Shown: positions 12,921 through 25,482 of the stretch, piece after piece
Layout of the letters: every line of letters begins with the position of its first letter
Numbering within the stretch: the stretch's first letter is position 1
Origin: Octopus sinensis
Taxonomy: Eukaryota
Direction: 5' to 3'
Assembly (NCBI RefSeq): GCF_006345805.1
Contig: NC_042998.1
Coordinates: 59,024,001 to 59,088,000 of the forward strand
Length of the DNA: 64,000 bases
Translations under genes and position numbers: made by a program
The notes under the pieces: generated by a model
Told to the model about the DNA's origin: nothing
The model's database searches: none
What the model saw: only the letters and a program-made list of their open reading frames with translations

Positions 12921-13260
12921 GCTGCTGCTGCTGTACTGCTACTACTGCTGCTACTACTACTACTACTACTACTGTTGCGTCGATAATACAACAACCGTAA
13001 TAGCAATAACAACAGCAACAGAAACAACAACAAAAACTACTACTACTACTACTACTACTACTACACTACTACTACTGTTGCTTCTGCTGCTGCTACCGTG
13101 ATGACAATACAACAACCATCATTGCGATAACAACAGCAACAACCTCAAAACTGACGATATCAACACCAGTAACGGTTACAACGACTATCACAACGATAAC
13201 AACAACGACAACAACTATATGGCAGCAAAAACTTCAATAACAACAATAACAATACCTAGA
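12660..13260. repeat. Trinucleotide microsatellite tract (CTA/CAA/CTG/GAC)n
   Basis: Directly visible. Confidence 0.9.
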
Positions 13261-13319
13261 GCAAAGACTACAAAAACAACTACAATAATGGCAAAAAAAA
13301 AATTACTATAAATTACTAT

Positions 13320-13491
13320 AGGCGCAGGAGTGGTTGTGTGGTAAGTAGCTTGCTTACCAACCACATGGTTCCGGGTTCAGTCCCACTGCGTGGCACCTTG
13401 GGCAAATGTCTTCTACTATAGCCTCGGGCCGACCAAAGCCTCGTGGGTGGATTTCGTACACAGAAACTGAAAGAAGCCCGTCGTATATATG

Positions 13492-13548
<57 letters not shown>

Positions 13549-13795
13549 ATATATATGTTTGTGTGTGTGCGTGTGTGTGCGTAGGTGGTGTGTGTCTATG
13601 TTTGTTCCCCCAACATCGCTTGACAACCGATCCTGGTGTGTTTACGTCCCCGTAAATTAGCGGTTCGGCAAAACAAAGACCGATAGAATAAGTACTAAGC
13701 TTACAAAGAATAAGTCCTGGGGTCGATTTGCTCGACTAAAAAAGGCGGTGTTCCAGCATGGCCGCAGTCAAGTGACTGAAACAAGTAAAAGAGTA
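13320..13795 (+). mobile_element. SINE family 1, well-preserved copy
   Basis: Closely matches 293-775 in both halves. Confidence 0.9.
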
Positions 13796-14669
13796 TAACA
13801 AAAAAGCTACAATATCAAAAGCGATTCACACACGCCGATGTAGAAATTCAACTTTGCATCCATTCCATAGCAAAATAATTCAGAAATATTTGTTTGACGT
13901 TACAGTAGTTCATCACTGGGGTTGTTTAGAAGAATTTCTCGGTGACTGTTTTGTTGTTGCTGTTGTTGCTGTTGCTGTTTGTTCTATAGATTTATTTGTT
14001 TAGTCATTTCTTTTCTTTTATTTATTTATTTATTTATTTATATATCTTTTTTTATTTTTTACTTTTTTTGGTTCCTTCCGTTCTGTGCCGACATCCAATC
14101 GAATCATAGATTCCCGGAATTTGCTGCTCGTGTTGCTAGCATTTCGCAAACTTTTGTGCGCGCTCGCATTATGTGTGAGTGTGTGTATAAGAGTATGTGT
14201 GTGCGTGTGAGTGTGTGAGTATATGCTTTTGTGTGTGTGTGTGTGAGTGTGTGCGTGTGGGGGTGTGAGTATATGCATTTGCGTGTGTGAGAGAGTATGT
14301 GCATTTGTGTGTATGTGTATGTGTGTATGCGTGTGTACATACATACACGTATGAATGTTTGTGTAGAAGCGTGCGTGGGTGTCTACGTGCGGGTGAATAA
14401 TCTTGTGTGTGTGGGTGTGTGTGGGTGTGTGTGGGTGTGTGTGTATGTGTGTGTGCATTTAAATACGTACGTGTGTATATATACATAGATACGCACTTTC
14501 ATGCGTGTGTGCCAGTGTGTGCGCGCATGCTCGCACTCATCAAGTATATTTCAGATAAAATAAATAAAATAAAATAGTAAAAAAAAGTATTCTCTTTCGA
14601 ACTCCCTTTCACTCTCTCTCTCTCTTTCTCTCTCACCTGTTACAGTTAACAGTTAAGTAATTGTATGAG

Positions 14670-15420
14670 ACTTATGGAGGGGGGAAGAGAAAGGGGGAGA
14701 GAGTGAGTGAAAAGTGAACGAGCGTGTGAGAAAGAGAGAGAGAGAGAGAGATAGAGGAGGGAGGATAACATCTGATTGCGAAGGAGGTGAAAGAAAAGAA
14801 ATGATAACGGAGTACTGGGAAGGGAGAAAAGGAAGCGGAAGATGAGAAAATGTAAAGAAAAGGAAAACAAAGCGAAGAAGTAATTAGAGGAAATAGACGT
14901 GAGTGGTGGGAAGAGAATAAGCAAAAGAAGTGGTTGTAATCGTTGGTGTAATTCTGTTGGAGTAGGAGTAGGAGTAGGCGGTAAATGAAATGGGAAAGTA
15001 AAGGGAGTAACGGCATGAAAGAAATGTATAGAAATCCAGGGAAATACGGAGTGAGAGTGAGAGAGAGAAAGTAAGAGAGAGAGAGAGAGAGAGTGAGAAA
15101 GAGAGAGAGAAAGGGAGAGAGAGATAAGACTGATTTTAAAGAGATAGAAAGAAGAAAAGACGGAGATATAGAGAGAAGATAGAAGAGGGATAGAGACAGA
15201 GAGAGATGTGTCTGAAGTAGGAAACAAACTATAGGAGAGAAACAGGGACACAATGAGAATATATGAGATTGAAAGAATGTATGAAATAGAAAACGAGAAA
15301 CGATATGAACAGGGGAAGGTGGACACGCTGGTAGAGGGAGATAGGGGAGGATACGGAGGAGTATGACGAGCGGATTAGTGGAGTTTAGATGAAGAAGAAA
15401 GTGAGAAGGAAGGGCGGAGA
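14670..15420. repeat. GA-rich low-complexity tract
   Basis: (GA)n runs and strong purine bias on the + strand. Confidence 0.8.
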
Positions 15421-15598
15421 GGTTATTGTGAAATTAACTTTAGAAACTTCTGTCCGAAACTTGCAGTCAGTGGGTATGGAACTGTATGTATGTATGTATG
15501 TATGTATGTATGTATGTATGTATGTTATGTATGTATGTATGTATGTTATGTATGTATGTATGTATGTATGTATATATATATATATATATTATATATAT

Positions 15599-15651
<53 letters not shown>

Positions 15652-15944
15652 ATGTATATATATAAAAAGAAATCATAGAAGTGGGGTCTGAAACTCTTGA
15701 GTATGTTATGCTGCAAGTTTTGGAAAGAGCACGGGTGTGCGAAGCCTAAAATGGCTGCCATTTAAGCAATGTCATTTTTCATATGTGGTGTAGTGGTGTT
15801 GCAAAATTTGACTTTTGCATATTAATTTCTATTATGTCCTTTATACTGTATCAAAATTTCATGCATTTATTTTAAGTATGTTATTAAAAATTGAATCCCA
15901 TCAGTGACTTTTGGAACACCCTGTATATATATATATCTTATACA

Positions 15945-16300
15945 TGTTTACCTTTTATTGCGGTCATGCTGGGTCACCACTTGAAAGTCGAACAAATCGA
16001 CTCCAGGACTTATTATTGTTAAGCCTAATATATATCCTGACGGCCACTCTTACCAAACCGCTAGGTTACAGGGACATACACAGATCATCACTGGTTGTCA
16101 AGCAGTGACGCAGGACAAACACAGACACGCAGATAGATATAAAGATATATACATACGATCGGCGTCTTGCAATTTCCGTCTACTATATCTGCTCACAAGG
16201 GTTTGGTCAGCCCGAAGCTATAGTAGAAAACACATGTCCAAGGTGACACGCAGTGGGACTGAAGACAGAACCATGTGGTTAGGAAGCAAGCTGTTTTTAC
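15945..16300 (-). mobile_element. SINE family 1, decayed
   Basis: Reverse complement similarity including CGCAGTGGGACTGAA..ACCATGTGGTT. Confidence 0.65.
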
Positions 16301-16328
16301 CTTACAAGTACGTCTGTTATGATATATA

Positions 16329-16408
<80 letters not shown>

Positions 16409-16409
<1 letters not shown>

Positions 16410-17568
16410 CTTTATATATATAAAACTGAGAATATCTGTCTGTCTGTGTGTTTCCCTAAAACTTGAGAACTGCGCAACCAATTTCATTCAAATTTTACAC
16501 ATGCCTTACTTAGGGTCCGGGGAGTGTCATCGGAAAAAAAGATTTCGAACTTTTTGCCTAGGGCAAGCCCACAGCAATATCATATCTTCTCCATTACGAT
16601 TCCCTAAAACTTGAGAACTACACAACCAATTCCATTCAAATTTTACACATGCCTTACTTAGGGTCCATGTAGTTTCATGGGCAGAAAAAGTGCTCAACTT
16701 CTTGCCTAGAGCGAGCCCATAGCAATATCATATCTTCTCCTCTATTTCAGTATTACGTGTTAAAAGTGAAACAAAAACGTTTTTCTATTTTATGTCAGAT
16801 ACTTTCACTTTAACAATAAAAATAATAATAACAATTGAATTATATGTAGTAAGTAATAATTAAAATCAAACTAAAGTAACAACAAAAGTAAAAATAGCAA
16901 TTGGTATAAAATTGCATCAATGATTTGAACTTGAATAAGTGGTTTCACATGAATGGGAATAAATTAAAAATAAAATTAGCGTGCAGAAATGGAATAGTCC
17001 AGATGGATAATAAAAAATTAAATTAAAGAAAAGACTATTGTCTATAAAGTATGTAATGTAGAGAAAAAAGATTTGAACACATGGAGGAAAGCACCTTCGA
17101 AAAGTGTCTTGGTGCGACTATGAAAGGTATCTAATCAGAGGCGGTAAATTCGCCACAATAGAAGCAAGGTTCGAGTCAACGGAGCGTGCAAGAGAGTACT
17201 CGACTCGAACTTGCAAAGTGGAAATATTTTATTTTTACCTTTATACCTGGGACGTAGGACGTCCCTGAAAAAAAATTTTAATGCCCCCCCCCCCCAGAAG
17301 TAGAGGTAGGCTGGATTGTAGTCACACTTCTATACAAGAGGGAGAACAAGATACAATTGATCGAAATTACAAGAGACGGGCTAACAATTCCAGTCTGTTA
17401 TATATTTTGAGTATTGTTATCACTAGCGATATCAAGATATAACTTTGTATTTTGTATTTTATGTGTAGATGTATATATATAGATGTACATGTAATATGTA
17501 CACATATATATACACATATATACATGCACAAGCACTATGATCCGGCAACGACGGGTCTTTGAAGCTAG
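16409..17568 (+). mobile_element. Non-autonomous Helitron-like element
   Basis: 5' TC after A, 3' CTAG before T, subterminal hairpin CCGGCAACGACGGG, internal 148-bp tandem repeat (units at 16452 and 16600), inserted in (TA)n. Confidence 0.7.
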
Positions 17569-17741
17569 TATATATATATTCAGTAAAAGGTAAAGGCTAA
17601 TACACAGAAGGGACAATACAGGACAGACAAAACATGGAGTATGGATAATGAAGGTGTGGAAATGAGGAAAATGGAGTGATGGACACGGGTACCCACAAAC
17701 CACGCGTCACACTGCTCTTCATTTGAGTTCGCTGGTGTTCG

Positions 17742-17867
17742 CCGGACCCTTAGTAAGGCATGTGTAAAATTTGAATAAAATTGGTTGTGTAGTTCTCAAG
17801 TTTTAGGGAAACACACAGACAGACAGACAGACAGACACACACACATTCTCAGTTTTATATATAAAGA
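17742..17867 (-). mobile_element. Second Helitron 5' end in opposite orientation
   Basis: Reverse complement of 16409-16520 (TCTTTATATATAAAACTGAGAAT...CCCTAAAACTTGAGAAC). Confidence 0.7.
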
Positions 17868-17947
17868 TATATATATATATAATATATATATTATATATAT
17901 TATATATATATATATATATTATATATATATATATATATATAGATATA

Positions 17948-18060
17948 AAGTTAATCCAAACAAGAAAACAAAAAAAAACACAACAACGCGGACGTGGAAC
18001 AAATAAAGTATTATTGGACGCTCAGGAAGAAGGAAGAAGGCGGGTTTAACGTTTCGAGCG
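17948..18060 (-). repeat. Truncated copy of the 2035-2240 hammerhead-bearing repeat
   Basis: Minus strand GCTCGAAACGTTAAAC..CCTGAGCGT..TTTGGATTAACT; retains only the 3' half of the motif. Confidence 0.65.
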
Positions 18061-18095
18061 TATATATATATATGTATGTATATATATATATATAT

Positions 18096-18140
<45 letters not shown>

Positions 18141-18436
18141 CAGACAAGAGAGCGAGCTTCGAACGCAATATAGTTGTGAAAACAGCAGAGAGAAAGATTG
18201 AGTTTTTACCCTTATAAGGCGGTAAAAAGTTACCAGCACGCCTCCTTATCTTAAAGACCTGTTGAGTGCTCTTCCATTAGGCTAAACGGGTCCCACTTAC
18301 AATGCTTACCGTCAGTTTTAATGATAATTATTAGCTTTTAGAATGCGAGAAAATTTTATAAACAACCTTCAGAAGCGTCGAATGTGTTGATAATTTACAG
18401 GCATGAACTTAAATTTCGAAAGCATTATAGGCATGG

Positions 18437-18742
18437 TGGAGGCTCATGGCCTAGTGGTAAGAGCAGCGAACTTGCGGTCGAAGGATCGCGTGTTCGAATC
18501 TCAGACCAGGCGATGTGTGTGATTATAAGCGAAACATCTAATCTCCATGCGACCCCGGCAAAAGGTAATTGCGAACTTCTGCTAACTCTTTCGCCACAAA
18601 TTTCTCTCACTCTTTCCTCCTGCATCTTGCAGTTCACCTGCGACGGACCGGCGTCCCGTCCAGGTAGGGAACCTATACGCCAAGGAAACTGTGAAACCGG
18701 CCCTTATGAGCCACGCGTGACCCGGTCGTGAACAAACAACAA
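18437..18742 (+). mobile_element. tRNA-derived SINE family 2
   Basis: A box TGGCCTAGTGG, B box GTTCGAATC, tail GAAACCGGCCCTTATGAG...(AAC)n. Confidence 0.75.
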
Positions 18743-18908
18743 TTATATGCATGAAAGCAGCAGAGAGAAAAATCGGGTATTTTACCCTTATAAGACGGTA
18801 TGTGTGTGTGTGTGTGTGTGTGTATACACATACACACACGCACGCACACACACGCACGCACACACAAGCACACATCATGCACTTTGCAAACTAATGTGGT
18901 AACATGTA

Positions 18909-19190
18909 ACATTTTTGACCGAGGTTACCGCGGTCTTTTCCGTAGGCTTTTCTTTCCACGAATAAACCTTATCTGCTTCTCCCTTTACACTTTACATCAT
19001 GACATTTCTGTGATACACGATACCTTTTGAAATTTTTTCTTTTCTTTTTCTTTTTTTTTCTTTCCCTTTTACAATCCCTTTTGATCGAAAACCTACCCCA
19101 CTTTTTTTTTCTTTTCTCCCCCAAAAGAAAAGCTCTACTTTGTAATCTGTCCCGTCTGTGTGCAGCCCTGTGTGGCTAATAAAGAAACAC
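18909..19190 (+). mobile_element. 3' UTR-only copy of the Tx1-like LINE
   Basis: Homologous to 63795-64000; ends GGCTAATAAAGAAACAC immediately before (ATCT)n. Confidence 0.75.
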
Positions 19191-19278
<88 letters not shown>

Positions 19279-19290
19279 GTCTATCTATCT
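19191..19290. repeat. (ATCT)n microsatellite between two Tx1-like copies
   Basis: About 25 units, directly visible. Confidence 0.95.
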
Positions 19291-20211
19291 GGAGAAGAAC
19301 TGGAACGAGATAACGAGTAGGGTGGTCACTCTCGCCCAGCAATGGGCCGAGAGGAAACTGTCCCTAAAAGGTCGGGCGGAGGTGGCGAACACGTACATCG
19401 CGTCCATCATCTACTACCGCCTGACCGTCGTACCTTGTCCCGACCCTACCATCACCAAACTAGAACGCATTCTCTTCCGCTTCTTGTGGAAAGGATGCGT
19501 CCCGATGGTCAGGCGATCCATTTGCTGTCAACACCCGTTAAAAGGAGGGCTGGGCATGCCGTGGTTGATGATGCGCAGACACGCGCTGAGACTGCGACAT
19601 CTCCGGCTCTATGTAGACGACGGTGAACAGGTGTGGTCGCCGTTTGTGAGGCACGCATTCCCGCAACTCGTCTCCATGACCGAACTGCAGTCGTGGATCA
19701 AAAAGAGGCCGAAAAAGGGCGAATGGCACCGCGAGTGTCGCGTTACTCTCAAGCAACTCTGCCGTCCCGGGTCGACCTTGAGTGACTTCAACACAACCAA
19801 AGCATTCTATAGGGGATTAGTGGAGGGGAGGTACGACGACGATCTCGGGGCAAACCTGGACGTCGACGAGGAATACCTGACCCACCTGTTTCAAACGACT
19901 TTCGGCCCGGGACCTATGGACAACTTCCAGAGATCCCTGGCCTGGCGGTGCTACCGAGAAGCGCTACCCATTCGGGATAAGCTATATAGGCATGGCTCGA
20001 GAAACACGGGGCCGACCTGCCCGAGATGCGGGCAGAGCGACGAAACCGCTCTGCACGCAATCGTGCAGTGTCCAGCAATTTCCGACCTGTGGGCTTATGT
20101 CGAACGACTGCTGTCACGTGTGGGACGTGTCGGTTTATCAGCCGAGTCTATCGTTAATATCGTCACGCCTCCTTCCTTCAAACGGGAAGAAAGAGCTATT
20201 TTTATCATACT
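19291..20211 (+). mobile_element. Tx1/L1-clade LINE ORF2 fragment (RT C-terminus plus zinc knuckle), truncated at both ends
   Basis: WAERKLSLKGRAEVANTYI, FRFLWKG, PLKGGLGMP, CPRC-x4-ET-x2-H-x4-C; open frame of about 305 codons. Confidence 0.85.
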
Positions 20212-20522
20212 TATTATTATTATTATTTCTCTCTCTATACATACATATATATATATTGCGGGTTAAGTGGTGGACTAATGCACCTTGTAAGTGAATATTT
20301 GTTATGCTGCAGCAATTGCATTGTCGGGCCGTTAGCGACTAAATCGACAACAATACGAAGCATGCTTCGTGAAATAAAGGGGAGCCTTTCGGATACTCAA
20401 CAGAATGTAAAACAAGACCGACCGTCAAAGGATGGGACAGGTAAATGAACTCAGGAGAGTCAATGGGTATCCGATTACTTTACACCCCCCCCCACACACA
20501 CGCACATACACGCATATATATT

Positions 20523-21417
20523 TACAAGGTACGATAGGTAAATTTTTGCCATCTTGTATTTTTAAATTCACGATTGCACGTTGTTTTTGATGTGGTCGAC
20601 TACACAGTATGGTAGGGTCAGTTGGACACCGTCTTTGAGTAAAACAGCACCATAATGCAGTTCACTCTACCAGAAATTGAAAACGACATAATGTCCTGCT
20701 TGGCATTCGCACCGGAAGCTTCAGTACGAACATTTCAGAGTGTTTGGGTGTCCAATTGAGGACAATGCAATCTGAGAACATGTAATGTACCGAGAGTAAT
20801 AAAAATCAAACATCCAGTCAGCATCATGGTGTTTGGAATGATCACTAGAGATGGCGAAATTATGCCGCCATTCTTTTTCCCACACAGCCTCAGACTCAAC
20901 ATGGAGGCCTATATCAAGTGCCTGGTTGAGGTAGTGCTGCTCTGTGTCGCGAGGATGGCTGCTGGAAGACTCTATCTCTGGCAACACGGCTCTACACCAT
21001 GCCACACAAGCAGTAAAACCCAGTTATAGCTGTCAGACAACTTCTGCAACCACATCACCCCTAACATCTGGTCACTTAACTCTCCAGACTGCAACCTCCT
21101 TAATTATTATGTACGGGGCGCAGTTGAGTGAAAGACCAAGAAAACTCCTTGTAACACCAAAGATGCACTGAAGGCAAAGATTATGGCAATATTCACTAAC
21201 TTAAACAAGGTAGATGAGTTTCAGGATGAGTTGCAGGAGATTCCGAAGTCGTTTGGAGGCCGTGTTTGAAGTCAATGACGACTTTATTGAATGAATTTAC
21301 TCTTTAGCATTTCAAGATGTTTTTATGTAATTTTAGTAAATATATCTCTTAAAATGAGATGCATGTGTTATTTAAATTTTTGCGTAATTTAAACGTCAGT
21401 TTATTCACCGCAGCACC

Positions 21418-21422
<5 letters not shown>
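20523..21422 (+). mobile_element. Internally deleted maT/DD37D-like Tc1-mariner transposon
   Basis: TA-flanked degenerate TIRs (TACAAGGT.../...CACCCTGTA); MVFGMITRDGEIMPPFFF...PCHTS...NSPDCNLLNYY; spacing fits D37D. Confidence 0.75.
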
Positions 21423-21454
<32 letters not shown>

Positions 21455-21459
21455 TGGGG

Positions 21460-21640
21460 AGGGGGAGAGTTCACGGAAAAAAACAAAACAAAAGACGACG
21501 ACAGGTGGTGTAGAAGATAACAGAAGATAACGCTCTGGGTTTGAAAAAGTATTTTACGTGTCGAGCCTACGCTCTTCCACAGAAAGGAACACAGAAAGAA
21601 ATAAGGAGAGAAAAAATGTGTGTAGTGCCTACCGATCTAT
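21460..21640 (-). repeat. Copy of the 820-995 repeat with a variant hammerhead motif
   Basis: Minus strand TTTCTGTGGAAGAGCGTAGGCTCGACACGTAAAATAC. Confidence 0.6.
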
Positions 21641-21645
21641 CATGG

Positions 21646-21689
<44 letters not shown>

Positions 21690-21793
21690 TATATATAATA
21701 TATATATATATATATGTGTGTGTGTGCATGTATATATATATGTATATATAACATATATGTGTATGTATATATGTATGTATATATATGCGTATG

Positions 21794-21826
<33 letters not shown>

Positions 21827-21834
21827 ATGTGGTT

Positions 21835-22990
21835 ATAAAAGCAGCGCCTGTCCTTGCGAACCTAGTAATGGATGTCTTTGAATCTACCCTATATGAATGT
21901 TCACTTGAAAGATTTGGACCCCCAGGTATCTAGACGATTGTATTATCATCTGGAATGAAACCTATGATAAACTTCTGGACTTCAAATCTATACTGAACAA
22001 TATAAACTCCAATATTCAATTTACAATGGACTATAGCTGTGAACAGTTCCCTTTTCTGGACATTTGGTTATAAAAATTCCAACAACCAAATTGAAACCGA
22101 CAATTACCTGAATCCAACAGACTCAAAACAGTATCTTCTTTTCGGCCCATGCCATCCTAAACACATCAAAATAAATATCCCATTCAATCTAGCAAGAAGC
22201 ATCTGTACAATTGTATCTGATACCACTACTCGGGAGCTTCTACAAGACGTCAAAATAGCATTCATTGAACGTCAATACCCACCCGCACTTATAGACCATG
22301 AATTAAACGTGCCAAACAATTGGACGCAAATACACTAAGAACAACAAAACGCAACATCACACCTCACTTTAAATCACTCCCATACATATCAACCCATAGC
22401 CCCAGAAAAAAAAATGATGCATACAACACAATTGTACAAAATCTCCCTCTGCTCACTCAAGACCTGAAAATGAACAACATTCTGAATACACATAAACTCC
22501 TCAAATGCAAAAGACAACACAAATTACTTAAGAGACTCCTAACAAGTGCAAAACTGTACTCAACACATACGATGCCAACAGTAAAAAAATGTGGAAGACC
22601 TAATTGTGGTACATGCCCAAATCTAATTGAGGGCTCGGAATTCACATTCCAGCGAGGAAAAATATTTTAAATTATAAGCAACTTCACATGTGCCTCTCAG
22701 AACCTGATTCATGTCCAAACATGCTCAAGGTATGGTCACAGTTATGTGGCCACACGAGGCTTACTTTGAGATGCAGAGTTACATTGCATAAAGAACAGAT
22801 TCGTTTTCCTCAATATAGGTAGATAGCTCTGAGCGCAAACATATTGACAGATGCGCAAGATATAAAACATAGAATTTCCATATTTTTCTGTTATAACAAT
22901 TCAAAGATTCAATCTCCTTACAAGAACGCCTAAACAAGGAAAACATGTTTATACTAAAGTACAGACCACACCTGAATATACAAACTTGAC
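21835..22990 (+). pseudogene. Penelope-like element: RT C-terminal half and GIY-YIG endonuclease, frameshifted and 5'-truncated
   Basis: [68 protein letters not shown], ends KYRPHLN. Confidence 0.85.
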
Positions 22991-23334
22991 CCCTTGCTCC
23001 TCACACATTCCTTAAAAATAAAAATAAAAATATATACCCAAAATGTGAACCTGAATTGTAACACTTTCACTCAATTTATTGACAAATATATATACATCTT
23101 TCTTTGGCTTCTTTTATTTATATTACATTATATTGACAAAGATTTTTTCCGTTGTCTATAATAATTGAATATTGACAAAATGAGGAACTAGTATTATAAA
23201 TTACAATATATATATAAACATACCTCTAGTATATATTATGAACTGAAAGAGACTGTACATTTCAATTTCAGTTTCAATTTCCTTTTTTACAATTCTTCAA
23301 AATTGTAATTATCATTCTTCTTCTTCTTCTTCTT

Positions 23335-23420
<86 letters not shown>

Positions 23421-23487
23421 CATCATCATCATCATCATCATTATTTCATACTTCCTGTAGAAATTACCTCTCATATATTCAATAATG

Positions 23488-23656
23488 CTGAGGAGGTATT
23501 TGTCCCCCTTGCCACCTGTTGCCTCCCTATATCCACTCTCTCCACTCATTTATATTTCTCAAGAACTGCCAGATGGCATAATTCCTTGTCCAAAGGAATT
23601 ATCACTTCACAATGTCCCTTGAAAATCTAATTTAAATAGCGAAAACCGGTTAGATA
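23488..23656 (+). ncRNA. Candidate hammerhead with about 145-nt helix II domain in the PLE 3' region
   Basis: CTGAGGA-GGTATTT...AAATAGC-GAAA-ACCGGTTA; palindrome AACCGGTT; helix I poor. Confidence 0.4.
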
Positions 23657-23694
23657 TCACTTTATTTTATGGAAATAACTATCCATAAAATACG

Positions 23695-24095
23695 TTGGAG
23701 TGGCTGTGTGGTAAGTAGCTTGCTTACTAACCACATGGTTCCGGGTTCAGTCCCACTGCGTGGCACCTTGGACAAGTGTCTTCTAAAGCCTCAGACCGAC
23801 CAAAGTCTTGTGAGTGGATTTGGAAGACGGAAACTGAAAGAAGTCCGTCGTATATATGTATATGTATATATGTAAGTGTATGTATATGTTTGTGTGTTTG
23901 TGTTTGTGCCCCAACATCGCTTGACAACCGATCCTGGTGTGTTTACGTCCTCGTAACTTAGCGGTTCAGCAAAATAGACCGATAGAATAAGTATGAGGCT
24001 TACAAAGAATATGTCCTGGGGTCGATTTGCTCGACTAAATGGCGGTGCTCCAGGATGGCCACAGTCAAATGGCTGAAACAAGTAAAAAAAGAGTA
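23695..24095 (+). mobile_element. SINE family 1
   Basis: Full bipartite copy. Confidence 0.85.
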
Positions 24096-24283
24096 AATAT
24101 ATTTTATAAAAAGATATTAAAACTATGTGAAATGGAGGAATGTCTCTTCCCCCTTTTCTATGTTTCCACACATTTTCAATAGATAATATATACATACATA
24201 CATACATACATATATGTATATATATATATATATATTATATATATATATATATATTATATATATATATATATATAATATATATA

Positions 24284-24460
24284 TAGGTGCAGCCGTGCCT
24301 GTGGTAAGCAGCTTACTTCCCAACCACATGATTCCGGGTTCAGTGGCAAGTGTCTTCCGTGGCAAGTGTCTTCCGTGGCAAGTGTCTTCTACAATAGCGT
24401 CGGGTCAACCAAAGCCTTTTGAGTGTATTTGGTAGACGGAAACTGAAAGAAGCCCGTCGT
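24284..24460 (+). mobile_element. SINE family 1, 5' half, with an internal triplication
   Basis: GTGGCAAGTGTCTTC occurs three times in tandem at about 24343-24389. Confidence 0.8.
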
Positions 24461-24479
24461 ATATATATTAATACACACG

Positions 24480-24515
<36 letters not shown>

Positions 24516-25079
24516 CAGCAAAAAGAAAATGGAGGGGATATCAACTGTGAGACATTTTATTATGTCTATTTATTCTAAGGTATTTGTAAGAATATATACA
24601 TATAAAAAGACTGTGTGCTACAGACATATGTACCAGTAATACATAAAAGAGTAAAAGAACAGTTCCTTACGGCCGTTTATGCCAACAGGCCACTACACCC
24701 TCTATGTTTTTTCGATCTTTTTAGTGTTCTGTAGGGACTGGTAGATTTGGGTTTTGAATGTGCCTCAAGGCTTACTTAGAGGGTCAAAAAGAGAGTCTAA
24801 AAGGTTAAGAGGGCCAATGCATGCACACACACACGCATACACACACATATACATACACATATACATACACATACATACACATACACATATGAATCAGTTA
24901 CCAATAAGTACGGTATACTATTCTTATTGAAGAAGGCATAAGAAGAATAGGAGCAAAATAGGAAGAAACATTATTGTGTGAGAGGAGTACAACTTAGTAG
25001 AAATGGTAAGGTATATGAAAGTGAAATATATATATATATATATATATTAATATATATATATTATATATATATATATATG

Positions 25080-25285
25080 CGTGTGTCTTTATGTCTGTAT
25101 TTGCCTTCCTATCACCACTTCACAATCAGTGTTAGTGTTGCTGCGTCCACGTAACTTCGCAGTTCGGTGAAAGTGACCGATAGAATAACTACAAGACTTA
25201 AAAAATTAGTACAGGGGTTGATTCATTCGGCTAAAACTTCGAGGTGGTGCCCCAACATGGCTGCAGTCTAATGACTGAAGTAAGT
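25080..25285 (+). mobile_element. SINE family 1, 3' half, decayed
   Basis: Similar to the SINE 3' part. Confidence 0.65.
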
Positions 25286-25450
25286 AATACATATATATAT
25301 ATATATGCAGCACGGACTTTGTCAGTGAACAGGTCGCGGATTTTAGCGACGAAAATATTTTGACAAATTAAACTTAAATGTTGGAGTGAATCGAACGGCT
25401 TTTGTGTGTTTCTTAAATGGCTTATAAACACCTTCCACGCTGCAATTGTT

Positions 25451-25482
<32 letters not shown>

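Noticed and set aside
16452-16740. Direct repeats as a CRISPR-like array
   Set aside because: Two contiguous 148-bp units with no unique spacers, in a eukaryotic Helitron context
18437-18510. tRNA gene
   Set aside because: It is a SINE head with no complete cloverleaf and continues into a repeat body
19160-19290. N-terminus of the 368-aa ORF
   Set aside because: It comes from UTR and (ATCT)n read-through; LINE homology starts at about 19291
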